A stretch of DNA of 64,000 nt from assembly GCA_016882525.1 (NCBI GenBank), contig VGPU01000001.1, forward strand, positions 77,378-141,377, read 5' to 3'. Positions 19,704 through 29,076 of the stretch are shown piece by piece. The DNA is from Cyanobacteria bacterium M_surface_10_m2_119. GTDB taxonomy: Bacteria > Cyanobacteriota > Cyanobacteriia > PCC-6307 > Cyanobiaceae. Position 1 is the first letter of the stretch; each line of letters begins with the position of its first letter. The notes under the pieces are model-generated. The model made no database searches and was not told the DNA's origin. It was given only the letters and a program-made list of their open reading frames with translations. A program made the position numbers and the translations under genes.

Positions 19704-20279
19704 TTACTCGCGATGGATCGCCAGAGCGGCCAGGATTCCGCCCAGGAAACCGCTCAGGTGGCCGATCCAGCTCACGCCACTGGGCGAGAACAGGGGGATG
19801 AGGCTGGGCAGAACACCGCCGTAGCCCACCAGACAGATCACCGACAGAAGGATTGACAGGGGCCGCTTTTCCAGCCACCCAATGATGAGCAGGTAACCCA
19901 GCAGTCCATACACCACTCCGGAGAGCCCGTGGCTGCCCACCGGCCAGAGCAGCCAGAGGGGAACGGCGCAGAGGAGCACGCCCACCCAGACGGCCAGGTA
20001 ATCCCGGCGGCCCCGCAGCAGCACCAGCCAGGAGAGGGGAAGGAACACCAGCGTGTTGGCCATCAGATGGCCGAAACCGCTGTGGCTGAAAGGAGCCGTG
20101 AGCACCCCCCACCAAGGCCCTCCCGGCAGCATCGGCAGGTTCCAGCGCCCACGGAAGAGCAGCTGGTCGATCAGTTCCTGCAGCCAGGCCAGCGCGAGCG
20201 GCAGCAAGGGCAACAGCAGGTTCACCCCGAGACGGGCGAGCTGGGAATCGACGCGCCGGGCCAGGGACTGGTCAGCCAT
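19704..20279 (-). CDS. Rhomboid-family intramembrane serine protease
   Basis: It has multiple TM segments, a catalytic GxSG (HGLSGVVYG) and a downstream His (IGHLSGFLGG). The start is taken at MADQSL (residue 14), 5 nt after the upstream stop. It ends in a TAA stop. Confidence 0.8.
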   Translation of the reverse strand: MADQSLARRVDSQLARLGVNLLLPLLPLALAWLQELIDQLLFRGRWNLPMLPGGPWWGVLTAPFSHSGFGHLMANTLVFLPLSWLVLLRGRRDYLAVWVGVLLCAVPLWLLWPVGSHGLSGVVYGLLGYLLIIGWLEKRPLSILLSVICLVGYGGVLPSLIPLFSPSGVSWIGHLSGFLGGILAALAIHRE

Positions 20280-21228
20280 GGAGCAGGTTGATCCCGTAGA
20301 GCACCTCTTCCAGGGCATCGGCTGCCGTCAGGGCTGCGAACCGCTGGGGATGCTCGGCATCGATGCAGCTGGCCAGAGGGTTGAGCACGGTGGAGGGCGT
20401 GGGGTGGCAGAACTGCACCACGCTCAGGCGCGCCTCGGTGGAGCCTGCCGGTGCCACCACCCGGTGCCAACCCGTGGGAATGCGCCCATTGCTCAGCCGT
20501 TCAAGCATCAGGCCACTGTTCAGGATCACCTGCCCGTCTGGTGCGAGCGCGTCCCGCCATTCTCCCTCCACCAGCACCTGCAGACCTGCCGCGGTGGCCC
20601 GGGGCAGAGCGGTGATCAGGTTGATGTCGCCATGGGCGGCGGCCCACACATGGCCCTCAGCTGGCGCCGTCGGCATCGGCGGGTAGTGGATCGCCCGGGT
20701 GAGGGTCGGTCCGTCCCGCACCACAGCCTCGAAAAAGTCGATATCGAGCCCGAGGCCTGTGGCGATGATCCGCAGAAAACGTCGCTGCAGATCGGCGACG
20801 CTGCGGTGAAAGCGTTCGAGCACCGCGGTGATCCCCGGCACCGCAGCCTCGGGCAACACCTGGTCGGGGTAGAGGAGGGGGTACCGCCGCCGCAGGGGGT
20901 GGTGCTGGGGCAGGGGTAGGCCCCAGTTCAGCATCTCCTTCCAGTCGGGGAGGGTTTCCCCGGCGGCCGTCTCCACCAGGGTGCCCGTATAGCCCGTCTG
21001 GCCTGCAGCCTTGGGGCTGTGGAATCCCTGCTTGGCCACCTCCGGCAGGGCAAAGAAGGTGGCCAACAAGCCGTAGGCCTCGTCGAGGACTGCAGCGGGG
21101 AGATCGCTGCGGGTGAGCACAAAGCCCGTACCGAGGCTGCGCATCACCCCGTCGACCGTGGCGGCCTGCTGGCCCCGGCTGCCGCGCTCAAAGGCCAGGA
21201 GATCGACCTCGAGGATGGATGGGCCCAT
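20272..21228 (-). CDS. 2-oxoglutarate/Fe(II)-dependent oxygenase (isopenicillin N synthase-like)
   Basis: It has a HxD...H facial triad context (AAAHGDINLITAL ... GWHRVV) and RLSVVQF. The length of about 318 aa is typical. Confidence 0.8.
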   Translation of the reverse strand: MGPSILEVDLLAFERGSRGQQAATVDGVMRSLGTGFVLTRSDLPAAVLDEAYGLLATFFALPEVAKQGFHSPKAAGQTGYTGTLVETAAGETLPDWKEMLNWGLPLPQHHPLRRRYPLLYPDQVLPEAAVPGITAVLERFHRSVADLQRRFLRIIATGLGLDIDFFEAVVRDGPTLTRAIHYPPMPTAPAEGHVWAAAHGDINLITALPRATAAGLQVLVEGEWRDALAPDGQVILNSGLMLERLSNGRIPTGWHRVVAPAGSTEARLSVVQFCHPTPSTVLNPLASCIDAEHPQRFAALTAADALEEVLYGINLLHG

Positions 21229-21290
21229 CGGTGCTCCCAACACGCACCAGCCTGGCTCAGCAGCAGCTGCCGCGGGGGGCCCCCATCCCC

Positions 21291-21767
21291 TCAGACCACG
21301 GGTGCGTGGAGCACCTCCATCAGTCCGAGCATGGCCTGGGTGTCTGCGGTGGAGAGCTCCAGGGTGTCGGCCAGGGTGCTGAGGATGTTGCGCTCATCCG
21401 GCTGCAGAGGGCCGTCAGACCGCATGATCTCGGCAGCGGTGGCAAATGCGGTGCGCCGGAGCTGGGGACTGAGCACCCGGGCCGCCTTGAGCATCAGTTG
21501 TTGGGCACCCTGCAGGCGCAGGCGCTGCAGGAGGTCGTCGATGCCCTGCACCAGCTCCTGGTCGCTGAACGTGCAGAAGGGCTGGCGGTAGTCGATGGCA
21601 TGGCGGAGCGCCCTGGTGCCGGCGGGGCTGAGCACGCCATCCCAGGAGACGGCAGCCAGGGCGACAGCCAGAAAGGCCTGGTCGGCACTGAAACCGTCTG
21701 GATGCTGCCGGGCCTCGGTGCAGGACTCGGGCGCGGCTGCAGGCGCTGGACCGTTGCTGATCACCAT
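21291..21767 (-). CDS. TerB-like (tellurite-resistance TerB fold) hypothetical protein
   Basis: 158 aa. The helical text FLAVALAAVSWDGVLSPAGTRALRHAI ... RRTAFATAAEIMRSDGPLQPDERNILSTLADTL resembles two TerB-type repeats. The family assignment is from memory only. Confidence 0.5.
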   Translation of the reverse strand: MVISNGPAPAAAPESCTEARQHPDGFSADQAFLAVALAAVSWDGVLSPAGTRALRHAIDYRQPFCTFSDQELVQGIDDLLQRLRLQGAQQLMLKAARVLSPQLRRTAFATAAEIMRSDGPLQPDERNILSTLADTLELSTADTQAMLGLMEVLHAPVV

Positions 21768-21862
21768 CGGAAGGGGTGTGAACGCTGAACTTCAGTTCAT
21801 GCACGCCCCCGGGGTGGCTGCGGTGGCCATCCACACCGAAGTCTGAGGTTGAGTGCTTGTGC

Positions 21863-23221
21863 TCAGTTGGGCATGGTCACGAATTCTTCAGCCACCGAAG
21901 GGTGCAAGGCCATCGTGCGGTCGAAGTCGGCCTTGGTGGCGCCCATGCCGATGGCGATCGCCGCCATCTGGATGATCTCGGCGGCGTGCTCGCCCACCAT
22001 GTGGCAGCCGAGCACCTTGCCCGAGGCGCGCTCCACGATCAGCTTGAGCAGCACCCGCGGGCCACTGGCGGGCAGGGCCTGGCTCATCGGCCGGAAGCGG
22101 GCCCGGTGCACCTGGATCGCCTCCTGGCCATGGCGCTCCAGCGCCTGCTCCTCGGTGAGGCCCACGCCGGAGAGTTCCGGCTGGCTGAATACGGCGCTGG
22201 CGATCAGGTCGTGGTCGACCTGGCGAGGCCGCTTGCCATACACCGTGTCGGCAAAGGCACGGCCCTCGTCCACGGCCACGGGGGTGAGGTTCACCCGGTC
22301 GGTCACGTCGCCTACGGCATAGATATCGAGCACGTTGGTGCGCTGGTCGGCGTCCACCGGGATGCGGTGGCCCTCCACCGCCACGCCGGCGGCCTCCAGG
22401 TTGAGGCCATCGAGAAAGGGCCGGCGGCCGGTGGCCAGCAGCACGCCGCCGCAGGCCAGCTCTTCGCCGCTCTGGGTGGTGAGGGTGAGGTTGCCGGGCT
22501 CACCGCTGATGGCGGCGGGGGAGTGGGCAAAGCGGATCGCGATGCCGTCGGCCTGCATCGCTTCGGCCACCGCGTCGCTGGCCTCGCGGTCGAAGCCGCG
22601 CAGCAAGTGATCACCGCGCACCAGCTGGGTCACCTGCACTCCCAGGCCATGGAGGATGCAGGCGAATTCGCAGGCGATGAAGCCGGCGCCCACCACCACA
22701 ACGGCCTCCGGCAGGCTCTCCAGCAGGAACATGTCGTCGCTCACCCAGGCCAGCTCGGCACCGGCAATCGCCGGCCGGTGGGGCCGGCCGCCCACGGCGA
22801 TCAACGTGCGCTCCCCCTTGAGCAGGCGCTCGCTGCCGTCGCTGGCTCGCACCAGCACCTCCCCGGGAGCCTGAAAGCGCCCCCAGCCGCTCACCAGCTC
22901 CACCCCGGCCTTCTGCAGAAAGCCGATGTGCAGCGTGTTGAGGCGATCCACCTCGGCCCGCACGTTGGCCAGCAGCCGCCCCGGATCGCGGCGCACCTCG
23001 CCCGGGTCCCAGCCGTAGCTGGGGGCGGCCTCGAGCAGGTGGCGGTAGGCCGAGCCGTACACCAGCAGTTTCTTGGGCACGCAGCCGCGGATCACGCAGG
23101 TGCCGCCCACCCGGTCGCCCTCCACGATCGCCACCCTGGCGCCGTAGGAGGCGGCGCGCTTGGCGGCGGCCAGGCCTCCGGAGCCGGCGCCAAGCACGAT
23201 CAGGTCGAAGCAGTCAGCCAT
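21863..23221 (-). CDS. gor: Glutathione-disulfide reductase
   Basis: 452 aa. It has an FAD motif (LIVLGAGSGGLAAA), a redox-active disulfide GGTCVIRGCVPKKLLVYG (GR-type VPKK rather than the IPSK of lipoamide dehydrogenase) and a C-terminal HPSVAEEF. Confidence 0.9.
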   Translation of the reverse strand: MADCFDLIVLGAGSGGLAAAKRAASYGARVAIVEGDRVGGTCVIRGCVPKKLLVYGSAYRHLLEAAPSYGWDPGEVRRDPGRLLANVRAEVDRLNTLHIGFLQKAGVELVSGWGRFQAPGEVLVRASDGSERLLKGERTLIAVGGRPHRPAIAGAELAWVSDDMFLLESLPEAVVVVGAGFIACEFACILHGLGVQVTQLVRGDHLLRGFDREASDAVAEAMQADGIAIRFAHSPAAISGEPGNLTLTTQSGEELACGGVLLATGRRPFLDGLNLEAAGVAVEGHRIPVDADQRTNVLDIYAVGDVTDRVNLTPVAVDEGRAFADTVYGKRPRQVDHDLIASAVFSQPELSGVGLTEEQALERHGQEAIQVHRARFRPMSQALPASGPRVLLKLIVERASGKVLGCHMVGEHAAEIIQMAAIAIGMGATKADFDRTMALHPSVAEEFVTMPN

Positions 23222-23287
23222 GGGAGTGCGGTGGTGAGAAGCGTGGGACGGGGAATGCTGGGCTGGGCTGGAGAGCCGGTGGCTGGT

Positions 23288-23854
23288 TCAGCCCTCGAAC
23301 GCGCGGCGGGGGGCGGTCACGCCGGCGGGCTCACTGCCCTTGAGGTAGGCCAGCATCGTGTCGGCATCGGACACCTCGAAGGGGTCGAGCGGGCAGTTGT
23401 CGTCGATCTCCGGTTCGCGGAAGATCTTCTCGATCCGGCCGTCGTTCACCAGCATCGAGTAGCGCCAGGAGCGCATGCCGAAGCCCAAGTTCGACTTGTC
23501 GATCAGCATGCCCATCTTGCGGGTGAATGTGCCGTTGCCGTCGGGCAGCAGGAACACGTTTTTTGTCCCGATCTGCTTGCCCCACTGGAACATCACGAAG
23601 GCGTCGTTCACCGACAGGCAGATGATCTGGTCCACGCCGTGGGCGCGGAACTCCTCGTAGAGCTCCTCGTAGCGGGGGAGGTGGTTGGAGGAGCAGGTGG
23701 GGGTGAAGGCGCCGGGCAGGGCGAACAGCACCACCTTGCGGCCCTTGAAGATCTCGTCGCTGGTGAGGTCCTGCCAGCGGTAGGGATTGGGGCCGGGCAC
23801 CGACTCATCCCGCACGCGGGTGTGGAAGGTGACGCTGGGAACGTGGTCAGGCAT
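23288..23854 (-). CDS. Type II (Prx5-like) peroxiredoxin
   Basis: 188 aa. The peroxidatic Cys context [10 protein letters not shown] and the overall PrxII text ([24 protein letters not shown]...) are present. Confidence 0.9.
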   Translation of the reverse strand: MPDHVPSVTFHTRVRDESVPGPNPYRWQDLTSDEIFKGRKVVLFALPGAFTPTCSSNHLPRYEELYEEFRAHGVDQIICLSVNDAFVMFQWGKQIGTKNVFLLPDGNGTFTRKMGMLIDKSNLGFGMRSWRYSMLVNDGRIEKIFREPEIDDNCPLDPFEVSDADTMLAYLKGSEPAGVTAPRRAFEG

Positions 23855-23938
23855 GGGGGATTCCGAGACGGGGGTGTGAAGCAGATGGCCGCGAACCGAA
23901 GGGGCGCCGAACCGGCGCTGACCCGATCCGGGGCCCGT

Positions 23939-23998
23939 CCATGGAGACAGCCTAACTCATAGTTACTCCGGATAAGGCTCCATGGGCATAAACCCATG
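23939..23998. promoter_or_regulatory. Relatively AT-rich island with nested inverted repeats upstream of the peroxiredoxin gene
   Basis: CCATGGAG (23939-23946) pairs with CTCCATGG (23978-23985), enclosing the palindrome TAACTcatAGTTA (23953-23965). A further hairpin is CATGGG-cataaa-CCCATG (23981-23998). The island lies about 85-145 nt upstream of the prx start. Its function is not established. Confidence 0.25.
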
Positions 23999-24240
23999 TT
24001 GGGCTCGATGGCCGCCCCGGGGGTTCGCAGAACGGTCTGGGCGCGGTAGTGTTAGTGAGCTGGTTGAAGCTGGCGGGCGATGCAGGCCCTCCTCACCGGC
24101 CCCTCGATCACCGTTCCGCTCACGCGGGCTCCGCACCGACGCATGCCTGCGCTTCCCGGCAGCGTCCCCCCGGCCCAAGGGCCTGTGGCAATTCTCTGGT
24201 GCGTTCATCGATATCCACCCCATTCCCTTTTTGTTCTGTC

Positions 24241-24435
24241 ATGTCCAATTCCCACAACGTCCGAGCCACTGCCGCTCGGCCCCTCAGGAAGACGTCCAAA
24301 GGTCGTTCCGGTCCCCACGGCACCACCTCGCGAGCTGCCGTCCCCAGTCCGCCCCCTGCCGTTCAGGGGGAGTCGCTGGTCCATCGCGGCGACGAACCGC
24401 AGCTCACCTGGGATGAGCTGTTCGGGCTCCGCTGA
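24241..24435 (+). CDS. Possible small protein (64 aa), function unknown
   Basis: An ATG at residue 65 of track ORF 24049..24435 gives MSNSHNVRATAARPLRKTSKGRSGPHGTTS...LTWDELFGLR. A T-rich stretch precedes it. There is no recognisable family, so it could be non-coding. Confidence 0.3.
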   Translation: MSNSHNVRATAARPLRKTSKGRSGPHGTTSRAAVPSPPPAVQGESLVHRGDEPQLTWDELFGLR

Positions 24436-24439
24436 GCCC

Positions 24440-24844
24440 TCAGCCGCGCTGCCGCCACCGGCCACTGGCGATCCGCGGCCTGCCGCGCACCTGGTGGGCA
24501 CGGCCCAGATAGATCCAGGCCTTGCGCCCATCGGCCAGGGGCCAGGCCTCGCGCTGATACTTTCTCGGGTGATCCTCCAGTCGGTCGAGCTCCAGCAGCA
24601 GGCTCCACGAGAGGCCATAGAGCTCGGCCTCGAGCTCGGCGTCTGCTGGGCCGGTTGACATCTCCGCAGCTCTGACGGCCATCGGGTAGGGCCCCAGGTC
24701 ATGGAGCACCAGCCCCGCCAAGGCCATCCGCTCCAGCAACGGCGCTCCTGCCAGCCAGTGGTGGTTGCACTCGCCGGCCATCAACGTGCCATAGACGAGC
24801 ACCAGCTCCGGGCCCCCCGCATCCAGGCGCCGGTTACCTGTCAT
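24440..24844 (-). CDS. Gamma-glutamylcyclotransferase-like (GGCT/AIG2-like) protein
   Basis: 134 aa. It has an N-terminal LVLVYGTLMAGECNH (YGTL motif) and LDRLEDHP. It shares a 4-nt ATGA overlap with the sbcC stop. Confidence 0.7.
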   Translation of the reverse strand: MTGNRRLDAGGPELVLVYGTLMAGECNHHWLAGAPLLERMALAGLVLHDLGPYPMAVRAAEMSTGPADAELEAELYGLSWSLLLELDRLEDHPRKYQREAWPLADGRKAWIYLGRAHQVRGRPRIASGRWRQRG

Positions 24845-27800
24845 GGCTCTTGGGTGCTGACGCCCACCACCAGCCGCGACCCCCGCTCGGAGCTGTGCAC
24901 GGCAATGCCGCTGCGGATGCGCTCCCGCAGGGCTGCCACATGGCTGATCAGACCGATCATGCGCCCCCCCTCCCGCAGGCGATCGAGTTCATCCATCGCC
25001 AGCTGCATGCTCTCCGGGTCGAGGCTCCCGAATCCTTCATCGATGAACAGGGTGTCGAGGCGCACGCCACCGCTGTGGGCCTGCACCGTGTCGGCCACGC
25101 CCAGGGCAAGGGCAAGGGAGGCCTGGAACGTCTCTCCACCGGACAGGCTGGACACCTCGCGCTCCTCCCCCGTGAAGGCATCGAGCACCCGCAGGCCCAG
25201 GCCGGCCTTGCTGCCCTTGCGCAGGCCGACGGCATCGCTGAGGCGCAGCTGGTAGCGACCGCTTGTCATCGACTCGAGGCGCTGGTTGGCAAAGCTGCAG
25301 ATCTCCTCGAGGTAGGCCGAGAGCACCCAGCGCTGCAGGGAGATGTGGGGGCTGCTGCGGCCAAGGGCACGGTTGGCCACCCCGGCGAGCAGATCCGTGC
25401 GTCGCTGAAGGGCCTCGGCCTCCAGGGAAGCCTGGCGGTGCTGGCCAAGCAGCTGCTCCAACCGGCCCTGGGCGGCCTCGGCGCGCCCCAGTTGGCTCAC
25501 AGCCCCATCCCGCTCTTCGCTCGCCTGCTCCAGGGCTGATCCCACCGCCTGCAGGTCCGGACACTGTTCAGGAAGCGCTTGCAGATCCGGATCCCGAAGC
25601 AGGGCGTCATGGCGCTGGCGGGCTTCGTCGTGGGAGGCGATCTGCTGCTGCCAGGCGCTTCGCTCCGCGCTGCCGGCCAGCGCCTGCTCCAGGGCCGCTC
25701 CGCTGCTGAACCCCGCCGCCTGGCAATCGGCGTTGAGGCGGTCCTCCAGTTCCAGGCGCTGCCCGGCCAGCACGCGCCTCTCCTGGAGCTGCTCCCCCAG
25801 GGTGCCCAGCACCTGCTGGAGGCCCTTGTGCTGCTCCAGGATCAGGGCAGGGTCCTGGTCGCCCGCCGGGCCAAGGCTGGCGCGCAGACGCCCCTCCAGG
25901 CCCTGCACCTGTGCCTGCAGCCCCTGGCGCTGTTCCTCGCCCACCCGCTGCTCCAGCCGCCGCTGCACCAGCCGTTCCTGATAGGCCTCCAGCTTCCGCT
26001 GCAGCTCCTGCACCTCCTGGCTGAGTTGCTCGGCCCGGGCTGCCCCTTCCCGGGCCTGCCTCAACTGCAGATCGGCTTCGGCGGCCTGGCGATGGAGGCC
26101 CTGGGGGTCGCTGGCGGCAGCGCCGGCCTGCTGGCGCAGGGCCTGCGCTTGAGCCTGGGCGGCACTGGAGGCCGCCAGGGCCTCCTGAAGCTCCTGGTCG
26201 GCCTGACGTCGGGCCTCCGCTGCACGCTCCAGCTCCGCCGGCGCGAGGTCTGCATCGGCGGCCGACGCGGGTTGGGGGTGCTCGTGGGAGCCGCACACCG
26301 GGCAGGGCTGATCGGCCTGGAGACCGGCCGCCAGGGCTGCGGCCATGTTCTGGAGCTGCCGCTCCCGCAGGGTCTGGTCGAGCTCCCGGCAGTGCTGGTG
26401 CCTGCTGCGCGCCGTGAGGAGTTGCTGCTGCGCCGCCAGGGCCCGCCGGTCGGCCTGCTCCAGCCGCTGCAGCAGCGCCAGGGCCTGGCGGGCCGCCGTG
26501 TTGGCCTGCTCCAGCCCCGTTAATTGATCCTGGGCGCGGCGGGCCAGCACCAGGGCCTGCTCCGCCCCGGGCAGCTGGGCGCGCACCTGGGCCAGCAGGT
26601 TCTCTCCTTTCTGCACGTTCTCCGCCAGGGCCGTGAGGTCGCGCTCGCGCTGCTGCAGGCCCTGGCGGCCCTCATCCCGCTCGCGCACCAGGACCAGCAG
26701 GCCCTCGAGATCCCGCTGGCTGGCGGCCAGGGCCGTGAGGGCTTCGGTGAGCTGGATGGAGGACACCTCCCAGGGCAGCTCCCTGGGCAGGGGCAGCGCC
26801 CGCACCGCCTCGGGCAACAGCGGTGTGCGGTCGCGGCAGACAGCGGCCTGCTGCAGAGCGCCAATCAGGGCGGCATCCACCGCCTCCAGGCGCCGGCACA
26901 GCTGCAGCAAGCCTTCGAGTGCGGGCCGCAGCTGCTCGGCCCGATCCGCCCGCTGAAGACGCTGGCGCAGCGCCTCGATGGCCTGCTGGTCGCGGCTGAG
27001 GCCAGCGAGGGCCTCGCGGGCAGCCTGGCGGCGCGTCCACTGATCGGCCAGTCGCGTCAGCTGCAGCTGCTCCTGCTGGAGGCGCTGCACCGCAGCCTCC
27101 GTTGCCAGGCGCTGTTGCTGGGCGGCCACGACCACCACCGCCAGGGCTTCGCGGGCTTCTCCCAGCCGGGCCGCACCACGTGCCTCGCCATCGCCCCAGG
27201 GCTCGAGCAGGGCCTGCGCCTGCTCCTCCAGCCCGGCCAGTCGGCGTTGGGCCTCGGCCAGGTCGGCCTGGGCCTTTCGGGCCTGGTCCTCCAGCCACAG
27301 GCTGGCCCGCTCGTAGAGCCCCGTATCGAAGAGGGTCTTGAGCAGGGCCTCCCGCTGCTCGGGCCCAGCTCGCAGCACCTCGGCGAAGCGGCCCTGGGGC
27401 AGCAGGATCACCTGTCGGAACTGGGCGGCCTCCAGCCCCAGCAGGTTCACCACCTCGCGGCCCACGTCCGTGACGTTGCCGGCGATCGGCGCCTCCGCGC
27501 TGTCCCAGGCCTGGCCGTCGCGGCAGCGCCAGAGGACGGCTCGCGCAGGCCGGGAGGTGGTGCCTTCCCCGCGGACACGGGGCACCTCACAGGCCGGCTG
27601 TCGCTCCACCCGCCAGCGGCCCCCGGCCGCCGAAAACTCCAGGGCCACCCGCGGCACCTGGCCGGGGGGGGCGTGATCGGAGCGCAGTCCCCTGGGGCTC
27701 CGGTCCCCGGTCACCTCGCCATAGAGGGCGAAGCAGAGGGCATCGAGCAGGAAGGTCTTGCCCGCTCCGGTGCTGCCGTGGATCAGAAACAGGCCCTCCC

Positions 27801-27879
27801 GGGCCAGGGGGTCGAAGTCGACCCGCACCGGCTCGGCGTAGGGCCCGAAGGCCTCCAGTTCCAGGCAGTGGGGGCGCAT
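24841..27879 (-). CDS. sbcC: Exonuclease SbcC (Rad50-like ATPase)
   Basis: The start is at residue 94 of the track ORF (MRPHCLELEAFGPY...). It has a Walker A (HGSTGAGKTFLLDA), long coiled coils, a zinc hook (CPVCGS), a signature motif (LSGGETF) and a Walker B (LFIDEGFGSLD). Confidence 0.9.
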   Translation of the reverse strand: MRPHCLELEAFGPYAEPVRVDFDPLAREGLFLIHGSTGAGKTFLLDALCFALYGEVTGDRSPRGLRSDHAPPGQVPRVALEFSAAGGRWRVERQPACEVPRVRGEGTTSRPARAVLWRCRDGQAWDSAEAPIAGNVTDVGREVVNLLGLEAAQFRQVILLPQGRFAEVLRAGPEQREALLKTLFDTGLYERASLWLEDQARKAQADLAEAQRRLAGLEEQAQALLEPWGDGEARGAARLGEAREALAVVVVAAQQQRLATEAAVQRLQQEQLQLTRLADQWTRRQAAREALAGLSRDQQAIEALRQRLQRADRAEQLRPALEGLLQLCRRLEAVDAALIGALQQAAVCRDRTPLLPEAVRALPLPRELPWEVSSIQLTEALTALAASQRDLEGLLVLVRERDEGRQGLQQRERDLTALAENVQKGENLLAQVRAQLPGAEQALVLARRAQDQLTGLEQANTAARQALALLQRLEQADRRALAAQQQLLTARSRHQHCRELDQTLRERQLQNMAAALAAGLQADQPCPVCGSHEHPQPASAADADLAPAELERAAEARRQADQELQEALAASSAAQAQAQALRQQAGAAASDPQGLHRQAAEADLQLRQAREGAARAEQLSQEVQELQRKLEAYQERLVQRRLEQRVGEEQRQGLQAQVQGLEGRLRASLGPAGDQDPALILEQHKGLQQVLGTLGEQLQERRVLAGQRLELEDRLNADCQAAGFSSGAALEQALAGSAERSAWQQQIASHDEARQRHDALLRDPDLQALPEQCPDLQAVGSALEQASEERDGAVSQLGRAEAAQGRLEQLLGQHRQASLEAEALQRRTDLLAGVANRALGRSSPHISLQRWVLSAYLEEICSFANQRLESMTSGRYQLRLSDAVGLRKGSKAGLGLRVLDAFTGEEREVSSLSGGETFQASLALALGVADTVQAHSGGVRLDTLFIDEGFGSLDPESMQLAMDELDRLREGGRMIGLISHVAALRERIRSGIAVHSSERGSRLVVGVSTQEP

Positions 27880-29072
27880 CAGGGGGTCTCCCGGACAGCC
27901 GCCAGGGCCTGCCGCAGCAGCTCCTCCTCCTCCCGGTGGGGCGCGCGCCCCTGCTGGTCGGCGAAGAAGGCCAGGGTGCGCTCCAGGGGGCCGGTCGCGG
28001 CCCGGATGCGCTGGGTGCGGGCACTGCTGCTGAGGGCTTCGGAGCGGGGCGGCCGGTGTCGCAGCTCCACGGCATGGGGAAAGCGCTGCTGCAGCCGGGC
28101 CATCGCCTGGGCCGGCAGCTGGTCGTCGAGCAGCACAGCCCGCACCCAGGCACCGCAAGCCTCCTCGAGGGCTGAATCCGCCAGCAGCTGTTCCAGGGTG
28201 CCCTCCAGGCTGCGCAGTGGTCGGCCCACGTCGATGGGGACCGTCTCCGCCGTCACCGCGCCGCTGGCATCGAGCTCCAGCAGGCGCACCCCCTTGCGCT
28301 GGCCTTCTTCGGAAAAGGAGTAGGCCAGCGGGCTGCCCGCATAGGCGAGCCGCGGACCATCCAGCTCCTGGGCGGCGTGGAGGTGGCCGAGGGCCACCAG
28401 ATCGAAGTCGGCAAAACTGGGCACCCCCACCACCTCCACGTTCCCCACCGAGAGGTCCCGCTCCGACTCGCAGGAGCGGCCACCGGCGACGAAGGCATGG
28501 GCCACCAGCACGCTGCGGGTGCCCTGGCGGCGGGCCCGATCGGCCTGGATCGCAGCGAGGGCCAGATCCATCACCTCCTGGTGGCGCAGCCGCTGGCCCA
28601 TGGCCGCTCCACCGGCCTCAGCAGGCTCCGAGGCCCCTGCCAGCAGGGCGGGACCATCCACCAGGGGTTCGAGGTAGGGCAGGGGGTAAACCGCGACGGC
28701 ATCTCCCCCTCGCCGCGGATGCACGAGCACGGGTTCCACGGCCCGGCGCCAGTCGCCGCGCACGCTCACCCCGAGGGCACCCAGCAGCTCGTCGTAGACG
28801 GAGACCCGCACGTGGCTGTCGTGATTGCCCGCGATCGCCACCACCGCGGCACCATTGGCCCGGAGTCGGGCCACCGTGTCGGTGAACAGGGCCACGGCGG
28901 GAGCCGGCGGGATGGCCCGGTCGTAGAGATCGCCGGCGATCACCACCAGATCCACCCCTGCCTCGCGGCTGAGGTCGACGATCCGGTCCATGGCCGCTGC
29001 CTGGTCCTCCAGCAGGGAGGCGCCATGGAAGTTGCGCCCCAGGTGCCAGTCGGAGGTGTGCAGCAGCCTCAC
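27879..29072 (-). CDS. sbcD: Exonuclease SbcD (Mre11-like nuclease)
   Basis: 397 aa. The phosphoesterase motifs are MRLLHTSDWHLG, VIAGDLYD, GNHD and GHLH. Its stop overlaps the sbcC start by 1 nt. Confidence 0.92.
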   Translation of the reverse strand: MRLLHTSDWHLGRNFHGASLLEDQAAAMDRIVDLSREAGVDLVVIAGDLYDRAIPPAPAVALFTDTVARLRANGAAVVAIAGNHDSHVRVSVYDELLGALGVSVRGDWRRAVEPVLVHPRRGGDAVAVYPLPYLEPLVDGPALLAGASEPAEAGGAAMGQRLRHQEVMDLALAAIQADRARRQGTRSVLVAHAFVAGGRSCESERDLSVGNVEVVGVPSFADFDLVALGHLHAAQELDGPRLAYAGSPLAYSFSEEGQRKGVRLLELDASGAVTAETVPIDVGRPLRSLEGTLEQLLADSALEEACGAWVRAVLLDDQLPAQAMARLQQRFPHAVELRHRPPRSEALSSSARTQRIRAATGPLERTLAFFADQQGRAPHREEEELLRQALAAVRETP

Positions 29073-29076
29073 GCGT

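Noticed and set aside
21857-23962. A 701-aa plus-strand ORF spans the gor and peroxiredoxin loci.
   Set aside because: It crosses two well-supported minus-strand genes and their spacer. The translation is Ala/Gly/His-rich with no motifs, so it is an antisense shadow.
24841-29072. The SbcC/SbcD pair as a possible novel SMC-like anti-phage defence module.
   Set aside because: Both proteins carry the complete canonical SbcCD/Mre11-Rad50 motif set: DWHLG, GNHD, Walker A/B, the CPVCGS zinc hook and LSGGE. They sit among housekeeping genes with no nuclease, methylase or helicase partners typical of defence islands.
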